A DNA stretch of 64,000 nt, taken from positions 64,852,001-64,916,000 of the forward strand of contig NC_043008.1 in NCBI RefSeq assembly GCF_006345805.1, read 5' to 3'. Numbering within the stretch: position 1 is the first letter of the stretch; every line of letters starts with the position of its first letter. Of this stretch, positions 51,743 through 64,000 are shown in pieces. The notes under the pieces were generated by a model that worked only from the letters and a program-made list of their open reading frames with translations, did not search any database and was not told the DNA's origin. Made by a program: the position numbers and the translations under genes. Source of the stretch: Octopus sinensis. Lineage: Eukaryota.

Positions 51743-53799
51743 GTGAGTTTGATGCTACGACATTTTAGTTTTCTTAGCACAAAACAACTCACAGCTGTTG
51801 ACTCCGAACAAACTATTTAACTTGAGAAATGGCAAAAGTATTTACAAAAAGGAACAAATATTACAAATAAGTATTTTACGTTTTTATTCACTTAATGCAT
51901 ATAAATATTTGCGAATTGTATACAAGCAGTAGAGAGATGCAAGTATTTGTTAATCAAAAATAAGGCCAATGCATTTTGATTGAAATTGAAAAGTTCAAAA
52001 TGGTGATCGATCGTTACTTAATGGTTCTCAATAATTGACTTGAATGCAGCATGTCACAATCAACACACTTGACACAAATGTATTTCCAGAGAAATAGGAA
52101 CATACAGAGCGCGCCTGACATGTGTGTGTGTGCATCGAAACAAACACACGCATGTGTGTCTGTGTGTATGTACTGTACGTGAGCAGAGTTTAGAAGTATA
52201 TGCCAGTACTCACTATCGAGAGCCAAGTGCCTTTTTATGATTATTGCAGCTGGGACCTCACATACTTGTGTGTGTGTGTCTCTGTGTGTATGTATGTGTG
52301 TGCCTTTGTGCATATATAGATGCGGGAGAGAGAGAGAGAGAAAACGAGAAAAAGAATTACATGCACGAATTCAGACAAACACACATACTTAAACTTACAT
52401 CCATAGACATTTTCCACCAATACATATAGTGAGATTATTGTTTCGAGGAGTTGACTTAATTCATGAAAATAGATATATTCATCGAATCAATGTCTTTAAA
52501 TTCCAAAGCAAGTCAACTCGTAATGTAACCATATAGCACTATGTATTTACCGAAATACTTAATGCCAAACAGATTATTAAGTAGGAAGATGATGGATGTA
52601 AAGAACCAACATCTTTCTAATAATGGCGGTGATATAGATTAAAATGCCGTATATCTCTTAAATTTGTTTATAATTTTGCAAAGTATTACATATGAGCCAA
52701 AATTGACAAGTGCTTTTCACAGATTCAGTATATACATTGAATATGAAGAAATAAATCACCAGAAACTAATACTATCTTTGAAAGATCTATGTTTGGAAAG
52801 AAATAGTATGATTTAGTTAGAACTAAAGGAAAATACAAGAATATAAATAAGAAATGTCGAGGAATTTGCAATTTCTATCGTTTGCTTCTTGATTCTTCTA
52901 CTGATAATTTTTCATTTTTATAAATTTGCTTCCATTAAGAATTTAATCACCAGACACTACTGTCTAGATTTGAAAAGTTAGAGCTGAAGTGACGGAGATA
53001 TACTATAGATAAGAATGAGAAAACTGAAATGTTGGGCATATTCTACTGTCAGACTGGTTAGACGTACTTGGTTGTGCCTCTGGCTTCAGCCAATCTCCAA
53101 GACCGAGGCGATCGGCAAATGATGAAGATATACAGTAGCTATGAAAACCAGGATTGAATTGATGGAGATACGTTATAAATATAAAGACAGAGTTGAAAAA
53201 GATATGTGTATAATAGCTTTAAATGGCAGGATTCGAATGGCGAAAGTATGCCATTGTTAGAATGAATAATAGACTCAAGGAAATTTACTTTTGTCATCAT
53301 AGAGAGAATTAGTAAATTAGTTATATATAAGAACATATATTTACTTTTTGATCAAACACTGTAACAATTGAAAGTACCAGAGAACACATTCGGATATTTT
53401 AATCGAATGATTGGATTTGTGACATTGTTAGAATTTTTCGTTTTTACATTCAGAATCACATTTTGTTTCATAATTTTAATTCCAACTTGTTTCAAAATCA
53501 AATTGCATAAATTCAATAAATCTTACATTAGCAGGGGTAATATATATCACAGTACTGTAATTAGCTTGAAGCATTGTGAGAATGAAATAGATATTTGTAA
53601 AAGATTTCGAACAAAGCAGGTGACTACTTACAAAAATATGTAAGGGAGATATCAGTAAATGCAATCAAAGAGAAATTAACATTAAACAATTCATACAGGC
53701 TGTTAATGATCCTATAATATCTCGGCAATCCTTGTGAGATTTCAGGAAAATTATTTCTTAAATCATATTGTGCATCAATTATATACGAATTTGTGGTTC

Positions 53800-54720
53800 T
53801 TTGAGATAGATTATATTAGTAAGTAATGTTATGTTAAAATAGCTGTAGCAGTAGGCGTAAAAGCACGTGTAAGTGCGGTGGATAACGGAGTAGTTAAGCT
53901 TTGTTATGGTAAGTATTTTGAGTATTATTTGTTTCCAATAGAATAGGTTTTTCAAAGCTGTGGCTATGTGGTAAATGTTCTTGTTTCCATGTGGTAGGGG
54001 GTGTGAGAAAAATAGATAACTGTGCAAAGGTGAGTGTGGGGTAGGTAGGTAAACTTAAATAATTGGAAAAGCTAGTTCATGCGAATCAGTTTCATACTAT
54101 TGCTGACTGTGATGCCTAATCAGAAAGGTCACCTTGATTCTTAAGATACCTATCTTCCGTTCAATGACTAAGTAGGATATTTCTACTTCACAGTTTGGTC
54201 ATGTGTATAGGAAACTGATAACAGTGTCAGTGCATGTATGTAGGTTCTCTTCAATCTACTTCCTTCTGTATTGAGCTATGGAGGTACCGAAATCATTTAT
54301 TGCATATGCACAGAGAGAGCGATTTGTTAGGGTGTGCACATTGTTGGTTTTAATGACTTAAGTCTGGACAAGAAGTCAAAATAAGGAGAAAGGAGTGTGG
54401 AACATCCGAAATCTACTCCCTCTGGTGGTAGTGGTCTCGACAATATATGGAAGTTTAAGGAAGCGAGTGTCCTTGCGGTAATTGGTCGTGTATTTTACGT
54501 CGTGGAGCTTATGAGTGGGTGAAAGACTTTTTGTTTTCTTTTGTTTGTTTTTTCTTGAAATGTGGCCATTAAGGAATCGATGGGTAGTGTTACGAGATTT
54601 CTTATGCATGTGAACAAATTTATTTGATATGTAATTGTGAATGACATTGTGCAGTAGTCCGATTTAAAGCGCACAACGAGGCATCTGCCAGCCGTATCCT
54701 TGTAGAAAATGTAGCATTAT
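53800..54720 (-). mobile_element. Possible old CR1/L2-type LINE relic
   Basis: GC-richer, C/A-skewed on the minus strand with faint resemblance to CR1 RT 3' ends; no clean motif. Confidence 0.25.
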
Positions 54721-54929
54721 ATTCTTTGAAATCCTGAACGTATGGTCATGTAATGGAGAATTTCTTCTTTCGTTGGGTTATTCAATAATAGAAATAATAT
54801 ATTAATCGCTATTTTTCGAGATGTAAAGTAACTTAAACACAAGTCAAATGACTAGTGTTTAGCCTCAAGACAGTTTGTTACATTTACATTAAGTAAATTA
54901 TATTCCGCTTCTTTTTTTTTTTCTTTCAG

Positions 54930-54976
54930 ACGATAGTATGGTTATACATCTATCGACTGCCTTTGGATAAATCTAA
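54930..54976 (+). CDS. Candidate plus-strand exon (TIVWLYIYRLPLDKS)
   Basis: Very strong acceptor (T)12ctttcag, donor gtatgt. Only phase 0 is open, compatible with 51664-51742. Confidence 0.25.
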
Positions 54977-56529
54977 GTATGTATGAAAACGACTGATATC
55001 TAAACATTAACGCACACACATGGAAGTTAAACTGGGTTTCTCTAAGAATGATAGTATTTTGAAGTGCAGAAAGATACAAAGATAAGGAATCCTAGAGATA
55101 TACGCGCAGTTATATTTGGAGACAAACACAATGCGTGGGTATATGATTTGTATGTGGTCCTTTTTTATTTTGTTCGAACTACATTATGTACACTAATACA
55201 ATATCGTAATACAGATAGAACTAAGAACTTGCATTCTTTAGGTGTTCGACGTTTTATCAATAATAAACCATCTTGGTGCAAACTTGATTTGATGACAATG
55301 CTCCAGACAATTTTATTATAGTTAGGTAAATGAACACAATTCTATGCTTGCTTTGGCATTCTTCATTCACACAAATTATATCGATGTATTTAAAAACATT
55401 ACACTGATAATATTTCCCTTCTCAGTCTTAGGTTTCTCTTTGTAAACACGATTTCCTTCTAGTCGAGTGTTATCGAAAATAATGTATATATTGTATATCT
55501 TGTAAAGCTTCAGCTGTATAAACGAGAATTACAACAACGACAAGTGTTGCTGCCAAAATCATATTAATGATGTCTCGGATGGGAATCAACTAAATATTTC
55601 TGAGAGAGAAAGAGAAAGGGGAAACGGCTAGATTAGATAATGTTTGCTTCCATACACATTTACACATTCGTGCTTTTTAGGAGAATTACTATTCAAGAAA
55701 CTTTCCTGTTAATCAAAAGACATCAACCATAATTGTTAGATTTTTCTCTTTTATATTGAGATTCTTGAATTTATAAAATGTAGATTGGAGCAAATTATGT
55801 AATGTCTAAAACACAGAGCAGTTATTAGATTTCGATAATGAAGCAAATTGAGTTGGCTTCTTAAAAGAAAAAAAAGAGCACTGAATTTAACAAGTAGTTT
55901 TAGTTATATGTTGGCACCAAGTGGGACATATCTACTGAATCATGTTTCGCTACAAAGATTTTGATACGTAATGTCATTGCGGCCGGGTTACGAATTATTG
56001 TGCCGTCCCTGTGTGTAATTCGTACAAAATCTATTTGTCTAAGTGGCATTATTTTGGTTCTGAAGAAATGATTTTTTTGCATCAATGTATACCTTCAATA
56101 TCCTGGCTTGGAGAAGTTACAGTATTTTAATCTCCAAAGCCGACATTTTTGGAAATAAATCATAAAACTTGGTGTCGGAGAAAGATCACCAATAAAGTAT
56201 TGGGAAAAAGTGTTGATTCTGTTCTTATATGAATTCGAACGTATCAAATCGATTGTTATAGAGCAATGTAATATGGTTGTGAAGCTATCAATGTTTTTCA
56301 ACCTACATGTGAAACGCTTGCTTTTTCTAGCCACTAGCTTACATATTTGGAGGTAGCAAACAGTTTATTTGGAGAAGGAGAAGAACATAACTAAAAAATG
56401 AAAATATATCGTTTGATTTCTGTAAATCTGCTGTGTTTCTGGTAAAAATATAGCCATTTTATATTGTGAAAGAAATGTGAGCAAGAAAACGATGTTTGGA
56501 AGGCATGAATGAAAGCTTATTAATATTTA

Positions 56530-56722
<193 letters not shown>

Positions 56723-56744
56723 ACAAAAACGCAATAGAGGGCAT

Positions 56745-57420
56745 TAAAATGTTCGGGCAAATAGGCAGACAAGAAAAACAATAAGAAGGACAGGCAAAAA
56801 AGAAAAAAGATACGGGTCATTCTTGGCTTTCTTTCGTCAGTCAAGTCCCAGAAGTCACGACAATTTCGGGCAGTTACACTTGAGATTGTTCGATATGGTT
56901 GCCCCGAAAAAAGTCTAAGCTAAGAGCATTTGAGCCTTTTGTAAGAAAATTAGCGAATGCGTACGGCAACAAGAACAAAAAAAGAAACAAACAAAAAAAT
57001 CGGAGGACATGGTACACAATTACGAATACAAACAACAAGAAATAACAACAGGTGTCTTTCGACTGAGAACTAATCAAATTGAGCTGGAGTGTATGAAATG
57101 AAATCCTAAATGCAGGAACATGGGAGAGAGACACAAGAGGTGTTGGCGGTCGCCAGTCAGGCCAAGAAAGAAAGCTCACGGCTGGCTTGACACCGGTCAC
57201 GTGGAAGGAGGAGAGATCGGTAGGGAACAGCGGGATTGAAGAATTAGAAAAAAAATCAAAGACAAAGAGAAAGGTACAGGGGAGATAATCCAGTAGGAAA
57301 TAGTTGGTGTTAAAGAAACAGAGGGCCAAGAAATGTGAGAGAGGGGGAGCTAGAAAAAAGAAGGAAAATGAGAGGGGGAATAAAAGATAGAGTAAGAGTC
57401 TTACAAAATTTAGATACATA
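56745..57420 (-). mobile_element. Probable Penelope-like pseudo-LTR / retroelement terminal relic
   Basis: Pyrimidine-rich minus strand with scattered GAAA and CTGACGA motifs and a repeated TTCGGGCA; the 181-aa ORF is low-complexity. Confidence 0.3.
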
Positions 57421-57436
57421 CTTTTTATAAGGTGAT

Positions 57437-57505
<69 letters not shown>

Positions 57506-58139
57506 TGTGTGTGTGTGTATGTATGTATTTGTATATTTATATGGATATATGTATATATACATATAGATAATCGGTCGCGATACTCGTGAAAACTCTCTCC
57601 AAAGATCTTGTGCGGGCTTTTTCTTTTTTCTTTGTCCATCTCCGAAAAACACATCTTAAATGTATGCACTTTTCAAGGTGTATGCGAAATTTGAGAGGGG
57701 GGAATATGTTGAATAAAGTCATAATTTACTGATCCTCCTCAAACATTACTGTTCACAAAGTTCACAGATTCGTCAATATCAAATCACCCATAGAAGAGTT
57801 TTAGTGGCAACCAGCTAACATGTTTATTCATCGCTGTTGTAATAAGCAGAGCCCATTTTCTAATCCTAATTTTCTAAGACAAGTGGACAATTAAGATGTA
57901 ACCGAAGAAAGCAGTAGGAGCTTTTACTCAGCGTTGCGATATGTAATCAAATATACTTGTCATAAGAAAAATCATTTCCATTAATCACTATTGGAGAGAA
58001 AAATGGAGATTTTCGTGATCAGTCTCAATCCCGGTGCTATGAGGAGAGTTATACATAAATTCTGATCATACAGTTACTAGCAGTAAAGATTTCGATAAAT
58101 CGGTAAATGCGATAAAGAGCTTGGATCACGTATTGAAAA

Positions 58140-58262
58140 TTGGTTTAAAATATTGGCACAAGGCTAACAGTTTCAGGGCAGTTGAACTCAAGACCTACAG
58201 ACGGACTAAATGCCGCGAAGCATTTTGGCCCGGCGTGCTGACCATTCTGTTAGCATGCCGCC
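58140..58262 (-). mobile_element. SINE family B, 5' fragment
   Basis: aggcggcatgctaacagaatggtcagcacgccgggccaaaatgctt...gagttcaact. Confidence 0.65.
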
Positions 58263-58425
58263 TACCATATTATACATGAATGCATAGGAAAACGTATTCT
58301 GAGTCGAGGATATATACAAAAAAATTATGCACTTTTCAAGATGTATGCGAAATTTGATGTCGATGTAAGGAGCAATAGAATACACTAAAATCCTGTATTT
58401 TAACAATTACATTATGAAGTGATTA

Positions 58426-58640
58426 AGCGAGTGGGTAATGGAAAGTTCCTGGCTTTGGGTAAAACAAAATACAGGAGGATCAGTAAATTATTACTTTATT
58501 CAACATATTCCCCCTCTCGTATTTACGCACATATTATAGCGGTCCTTCAGTTTTTGTAAGCCCAATAAAAGAACTGGGCAGCTTGGGTCTCCAACCAGGC
58601 GTCACACTTCAAGCCAGAAAGTTCTCAGCTTCCCCCGTAT
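58426..58640 (-). mobile_element. Short mariner deletion derivative
   Basis: Inverted ends AAAGTTCCTGGCTT / AAGCCAGAAAGTTCTCAGCTTCCCCCGTA; internal GLQKLKDRYNMCVNTRGEYVE* mariner C-terminus. Confidence 0.7.
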
Positions 58641-59139
58641 AAATAGCAATTCGCCATATTACATAAGAACACAAGAATAAGGTTGTAGCATCTAACAGGA
58701 ATGCTTACTTTCATGAAACCTTTGTAGATACTCTTTTATTCTTTTGCTTCTTTCAGTCATTTAACTGCGGCCATGCTGGAGCACTGCCTTTTACTGGAGT
58801 ACCGCAAAGGAGATCAAATAACTTCATTTGCTCGCTCTTGTAACAGAGGTTTTACAAATACTATTTGTTTATATATGTACGCAGTGTACTCGACTGCACA
58901 TTGCAACCACGACACAATGGCGAAACCTCAACTTCTTAATTATGGTACACACACACGCACATACACACACACACACATACACACACAAAGATATATGTTT
59001 GTGCGCTTATGCATGTATATGGCTGTGTAGGTATATATATAACTTTATACAAACATAGAAGTATTTTCATTTAATTTACAAATCTGGACACGCACATATT
59101 TGCGTACGCGCAAAACGTACATACACACACGTATGTGTG

Positions 59140-59171
<32 letters not shown>

Positions 59172-59393
59172 CGTATGTGTGTGCATGCGTGTCTTATGTG
59201 TAAGTGTGTGTGTCGGCGATAAACTTCAGCGAACTTGTTTATATATCATCCTTCATGGGAAGTGAGGCTATAATCACATATGGTTGATGTTTTCATGTCA
59301 GCCACTTTCTTTGATGTTAGATGAACTTCCCGTACAATAATATTTGTAAAATAGTAAGAACGGTGATTTCCACCTATATATATAAATAAATAA

Positions 59394-59436
<43 letters not shown>

Positions 59437-59439
59437 TAT

Positions 59440-59484
<45 letters not shown>

Positions 59485-59547
59485 AAGTTACATTATACAT
59501 TTAAACACATAAGAGGTATCTATCATAGGATTCCTTTCACGCTAGAA

Positions 59548-60142
59548 GGAACAGCTAAAGTCTAAAGCACTATTAGGGATAAAAACGTGAAGGGAATGAA
59601 AAATAAAAACATTTAGCATCTATCTCCTGGACCATGGTTTCAGACTTTTCTTTTAGCAAATAAAATAATTTCCTAGGCGAAGTCTTCATCAACAGGTACG
59701 CCTAGATTAAACATATAAGTACGAGGCAAATCCAGCATGTGCCCCTTGATTATACATTATAATTTTTCAAATCCACCTGCAAGCGCAGTTTTTTGTCGGC
59801 AGCAAAAAATAAAACAAAACATACCGGCATTTCTTCAAACAATTTTCCAGAAAAAATTATCCATAATCATTAATATCAGGGTAATAAAGGTTTTAGAAAT
59901 GTTTACTACCTGCAGCCTAGCATGTAGAAAAATTAGTCAATAGAGGCACATATTGGATTTGCCTTGTACTTATATGTTTAATCTAGGCGTACCTGTTGAT
60001 GAAAACGTCGCCTAGCAAATTATTTTATTTGCTAAAAAAATGTCTGATACCATAGTCCAGGAGTTAGATGGTAAATGTTTTTATTTTTCATTCCCTTCGA
60101 GTTATTATCACTAATAGTGGTTTGGACTTTAGACATGTTTCT
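59548..60142. repeat. Fold-back inverted repeat, arms of about 205 bp with a spacer of about 180 bp
   Basis: 59548-59752 and 59934-60142 are inverted copies (CATCAACAGGTACGCCTAGATTAAACATATAAGTAC / GTACTTATATGTTTAATCTAGGCGTACCTGTTGATG). Confidence 0.88.
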
Positions 60143-60575
60143 TTATTAGCCACACAGGGCTGAACATAGACGAGACAAATTACAAAGGTGAGCTTTTCTT
60201 TTTGAGGAGTAAAAAAAAGTGGGGTAGGTTTTCGATCAAAAGGGATCGAAAAAAATAAAATAAAAACGATAAATAGGGACCGTGTATCACAGTAATGTCA
60301 TGCTGTAAAGTGTAAAGGAGGAAGCAGATAAGGTATTTCGTGGAAAGAAAAGCCTACGGAAAAGACCAAGGTAACCGCGGTCAATAATGTCACCATCTTT
60401 TTTTGAAGCCTTCGCTAGACAAAACTTGCCTCTCTACTCTCACTTTCCTTTTCAAGTGATACTTGAAGAAGTTGATGAGAGATTGACCAGAGTGGAGAGT
60501 GTTTGTCTCTAATTCTTTCAGACGCGTCCACCAGATACATTCTTTCGCCATAGCCACAAGTATGATGAAAATAGA
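60143..60575 (-). mobile_element. Tx1/L1-type LINE 3' fragment
   Basis: IILVAMAKECIWWTRLKELETNTLHSGQSLINFFKYHLKRKVRVERQVLSSEGFKKRW resembles a Tx1/L1 ORF2 C-terminus, followed by a 3' UTR. Confidence 0.65.
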
Positions 60576-60577
60576 TT

Positions 60578-60661
<84 letters not shown>

Positions 60662-60662
60662 T
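60578..60662. repeat. (TAGA)n microsatellite
   Basis: Direct reading. Confidence 0.95.
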
Positions 60663-63600
60663 GATCGAACATGTTCACATACACATAGAGTGAAACAGGT
60701 ATGCACATAAACATATACACCCCATGAACACACACTGAAATCCACACGTACATACACTCATGAAGTATACTATGGAGTATATTCATAGACTTTTAACTGT
60801 CAGTGCGTGTGTGAAATAATTAAAATTAATTAGTTATAATTGACAACCGTAAACCACTGGCGTGTTTACAGAATTTGCAATGACAGGTAGAATCTATGGA
60901 TTTTTCCCAATTGTAAACTTTATTATGAAAACAAATTTAGCTAACGCGTTAGTAATTTCTTTAGTTAAATTAACTGTCTAAAATGCGTCAAATCAATATG
61001 CATGTTTTAACAATGCACTTAATAATAATGGCTTTGAATACACTTTTCACAGCAGTGGCTGGAACAAAATTAACTTAGATGATGGACATAAAATGTCAGG
61101 GCGTCTGTGGTAGCATCGTATGGTGCTGGAGATATGGAATGGTTAATTTCGCTGGAATCATCAGAATGACTACAAATAAGATGGTATTACAAGCTGGGGT
61201 AGTTGTTCTCAACTAGCAATGAGTGACAAGTAGAGATGATAAACGGAACATCTTCTGCGTTATCTTTTACACCTTACAGTAGTTCCTTTTGTTTGCTCAG
61301 ATTGGAGCGGTTGCAATTTCACAACTCCTGGAAGGGATGCCTTTTTTTTCAAGCGATTTGCTTCCTATGAACACCCTCTACACAGATATCATGTTCTACT
61401 AACAATGGGCAATGCACAGACATGCACTGCGCCGGTGACCCCTAAATATATTTTCAGACGGTGACCAAGAGTCAAGTTAGGTGATACTTGGCTAATCATC
61501 GATCAAGACTGTGCACCTAGCATCTGGAATGTTATCAAATACTCAGAGTCATATACTGTTGGCACAATGGGATCTTGGGGAATTTCACTATAGTTAATTG
61601 TAGTGGAGAAGAACGACAACATTTCCGTAGAGACAGAATATATCTAAGTGAATTATTTAGGTTTCATGTGCATGTATATGCCAAAAAACTCGTAGGCCAA
61701 GTGGTTAACCACTATAAATCTCTAACCTGGAAATTTTACCATTTGAGCATTTGAGGTGAAGCCCTAATATTGAAGTATTCAAGTAGCGTCATCAGGACCT
61801 GTCCAAGATTCAAACGGAGTCACAAAATCGCTTTGTACGTTTATACCTATTATCAGTCCATTGCTGATCTGCGGAGATTTCCTGAGCAGGCATCGGTCGT
61901 GTGCATGTAAAGATTCTATCGGTAACACAGCCAGGCAGTTTCCCACAATTTGGTGGCTATAGCAAAAGAAGTATGGGCACGACGATAAGGACTGAGTTTA
62001 AGTACATCTTTTTTTCTCTTCGGCGAAGGCATCGGTACCTTTTCACATTACACTAAAAGAGAAAATGGTGAGTGGCAGGGGAGTAGCTCCAAATAACTTA
62101 ATTTGTTGAGCGGTCAAAGAGCATCGCAAACACTGTATGAGTTAATGGTTTCAATGTAAACATACTTTTCTAGGCACTGAAATGGATGCAAGATGATCTT
62201 TTGCAATACTACCATGACCTAGAAAAGATATTGATGGTGCCATAACCAAACTTCTGAACTCTGAATAGGTTAGAAATGGAGAGGGTGATAAATCTGCATG
62301 AGACAAGCCTCATTGCATCAGTTTCAGAAAGCGAATGACATTGAACTACCCTCTTCAAAGCAAACAAAACAGTTACCTTTAAACGGTACAATCATGGGAA
62401 TGTACGAACTAGGAACAAGTTTATACTTCTACAGAATAGCAAGCTCACACAAGTCTGATGAGGCAAGGTATCATTTTCATAATACTTCTCTTGCTTTAGA
62501 TCGTGTTATATTAAACTCTTGGCAATTCTTGTCACCGCATTTCTTCATCCATGCCAGAATCTCAATACTTCTTACACTCCACAATAAATTCCTCATACGG
62601 TTTCCTCCCTTGGCAATTCAATCCTTTATCGTTCATGCATTGTAATTTTACAAATCCAGCAAAGAGTACTCCCCTCATTTCTTTCCAAATTCAAACAACT
62701 TCTGCATTTAATACCTAAGACACATAAACATGGGGCTCCGTAGTTCCCAAACAGGCATTGCATAATCTTGTAAATTTCTTTCTTTATTATCCTCACATCC
62801 AGCAGCTCCCTAAACTTTTCCATCCCATTTTAATTCTGGTCATTAAGCCTTTACTTCAATCCGCCCCCACACGTACACAGAGCTGATTAACACACCTAGG
62901 AAACAGAAGCTATCATCCCTGATTTCGAACATTCTATACGTATGCGTGTACCTATAGACAGAGTGAGAGAGGGAGAGAGAGAGAGACAAAGAGACTGAGA
63001 GAAAGATCGACTGAGAGAGGGAGAGACAGAGAGACTGATGTACTCAATGCAAAACGTGGTGTGATATAGTCTTTATCTTGTACATTTCCAAATCACAGCT
63101 AAAACGTTAACGTTCCCTAGCTCAAAGCTAGTATATGTGAGCGTTTTTATACATGTGTCTATGAAATTTCCTTATGCTGAAATCATCAATAGCATATTTA
63201 TTATCTCAATTTATTTCCATAGAAAGTGGAAGCTGGAAAGTGATGACGAGATTTCTGCAAATTTGTTAAAATTAAAGAGATAATTTATTTTGAGGGATAA
63301 ATACTTTCTTCAACTTTCTTTTGCACAACGGTGTCCAGGTTAATCATCGCTATTGCATAATTCACTTTGATATATTACCTCATAGACCAAGCTCCATTCA
63401 ACACATCGATTTCTGGTTGATAGGCTCAAATAGATGGGAAATGGTAGATATTATATTTCAGATACTTTTTCTTATTCTTTAATCACATATTTCTCAGTAA
63501 ATCTGTTTGTTAAGTCTGCAGAAATTTCCACAACAATCACAAATGCTAACCACCAGAGGAAGTAGTCGAGACGATTAGCTGCAGCGTAAAAAGAAGGTAG

Positions 63601-64000
63601 GAATTCATTAGAATATGAATAGCGTTCATTTAAGAATTCGTCAACTTAATTCGAACAATCGATAGAAAGTGCAATGATTGTTGTAGAACTTATTCACAAA
63701 AAGACGGCAATCTTTACATTGAATTAATTGTTTCAAATCCATGTGACTCGGACAATCAAGCCGAATGTTCTGAGAAGACTAGATGGAATTTTGTAACGTT
63801 AAGCTGTACCATTTTAAATGGTCGTTGAAATGATGGCATCTGGATGACTAGTGCCAGTCAAAGATACTTTGATTACCATTCTGTAAGGTTTTATGTTTAT
63901 CTCTTCGATGGAAATGGTTCGAGCAGTGACTGAATGTTTCTAATTAGAGGAGATTTCAAACTTTATTTCGCTTGCATTGATTTCGTTTCAAAGAAAACGA

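Noticed and set aside
56790-56900. Minus-strand GAAA and CTGACGA as an intact hammerhead
   Set aside because: Order and stems do not give a closed three-way junction.
56874-57419. 181-aa minus-strand ORF, the longest non-microsatellite ORF
   Set aside because: Low-complexity F/L/S composition from pyrimidine-rich repeat DNA; no domain.

Overview
AT-rich, microsatellite-saturated eukaryotic DNA. The SINE families, transposon relics and repeat style look like an Octopus genome (inference from recognition, not a search). It is mostly intronic or intergenic. Nearly all ORFs in the supplied track are microsatellite or repeat artefacts. Supportable content: three tRNA-derived SINE families (several with exact target-site duplications), Tc1/mariner and maT (DD37D) transposase relics, a GG-ended MITE with an 8-bp TSD carrying TTAGGG repeats, a hAT-like MITE, and Gypsy, RTE, Tx1/L1 and Penelope-like fragments. 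Three observations stand out. (1) Six long fold-back inverted repeats, most carrying hammerhead-ribozyme-like cores of the Penelope pseudo-LTR type. (2) One of them is a spacerless 124-bp palindrome at 49169-49292 containing a near-canonical type I hammerhead on each strand. (3) A hand-built, phase-consistent chain of 7-8 mostly very short exons on the minus strand (25829 to 6513) could encode an unrecognised protein ending in ...DKTSCCF*. Gene models are tentative because short AG..GT exons arise easily by chance in this sequence. No rRNA, true tRNA gene or CRISPR array was seen.
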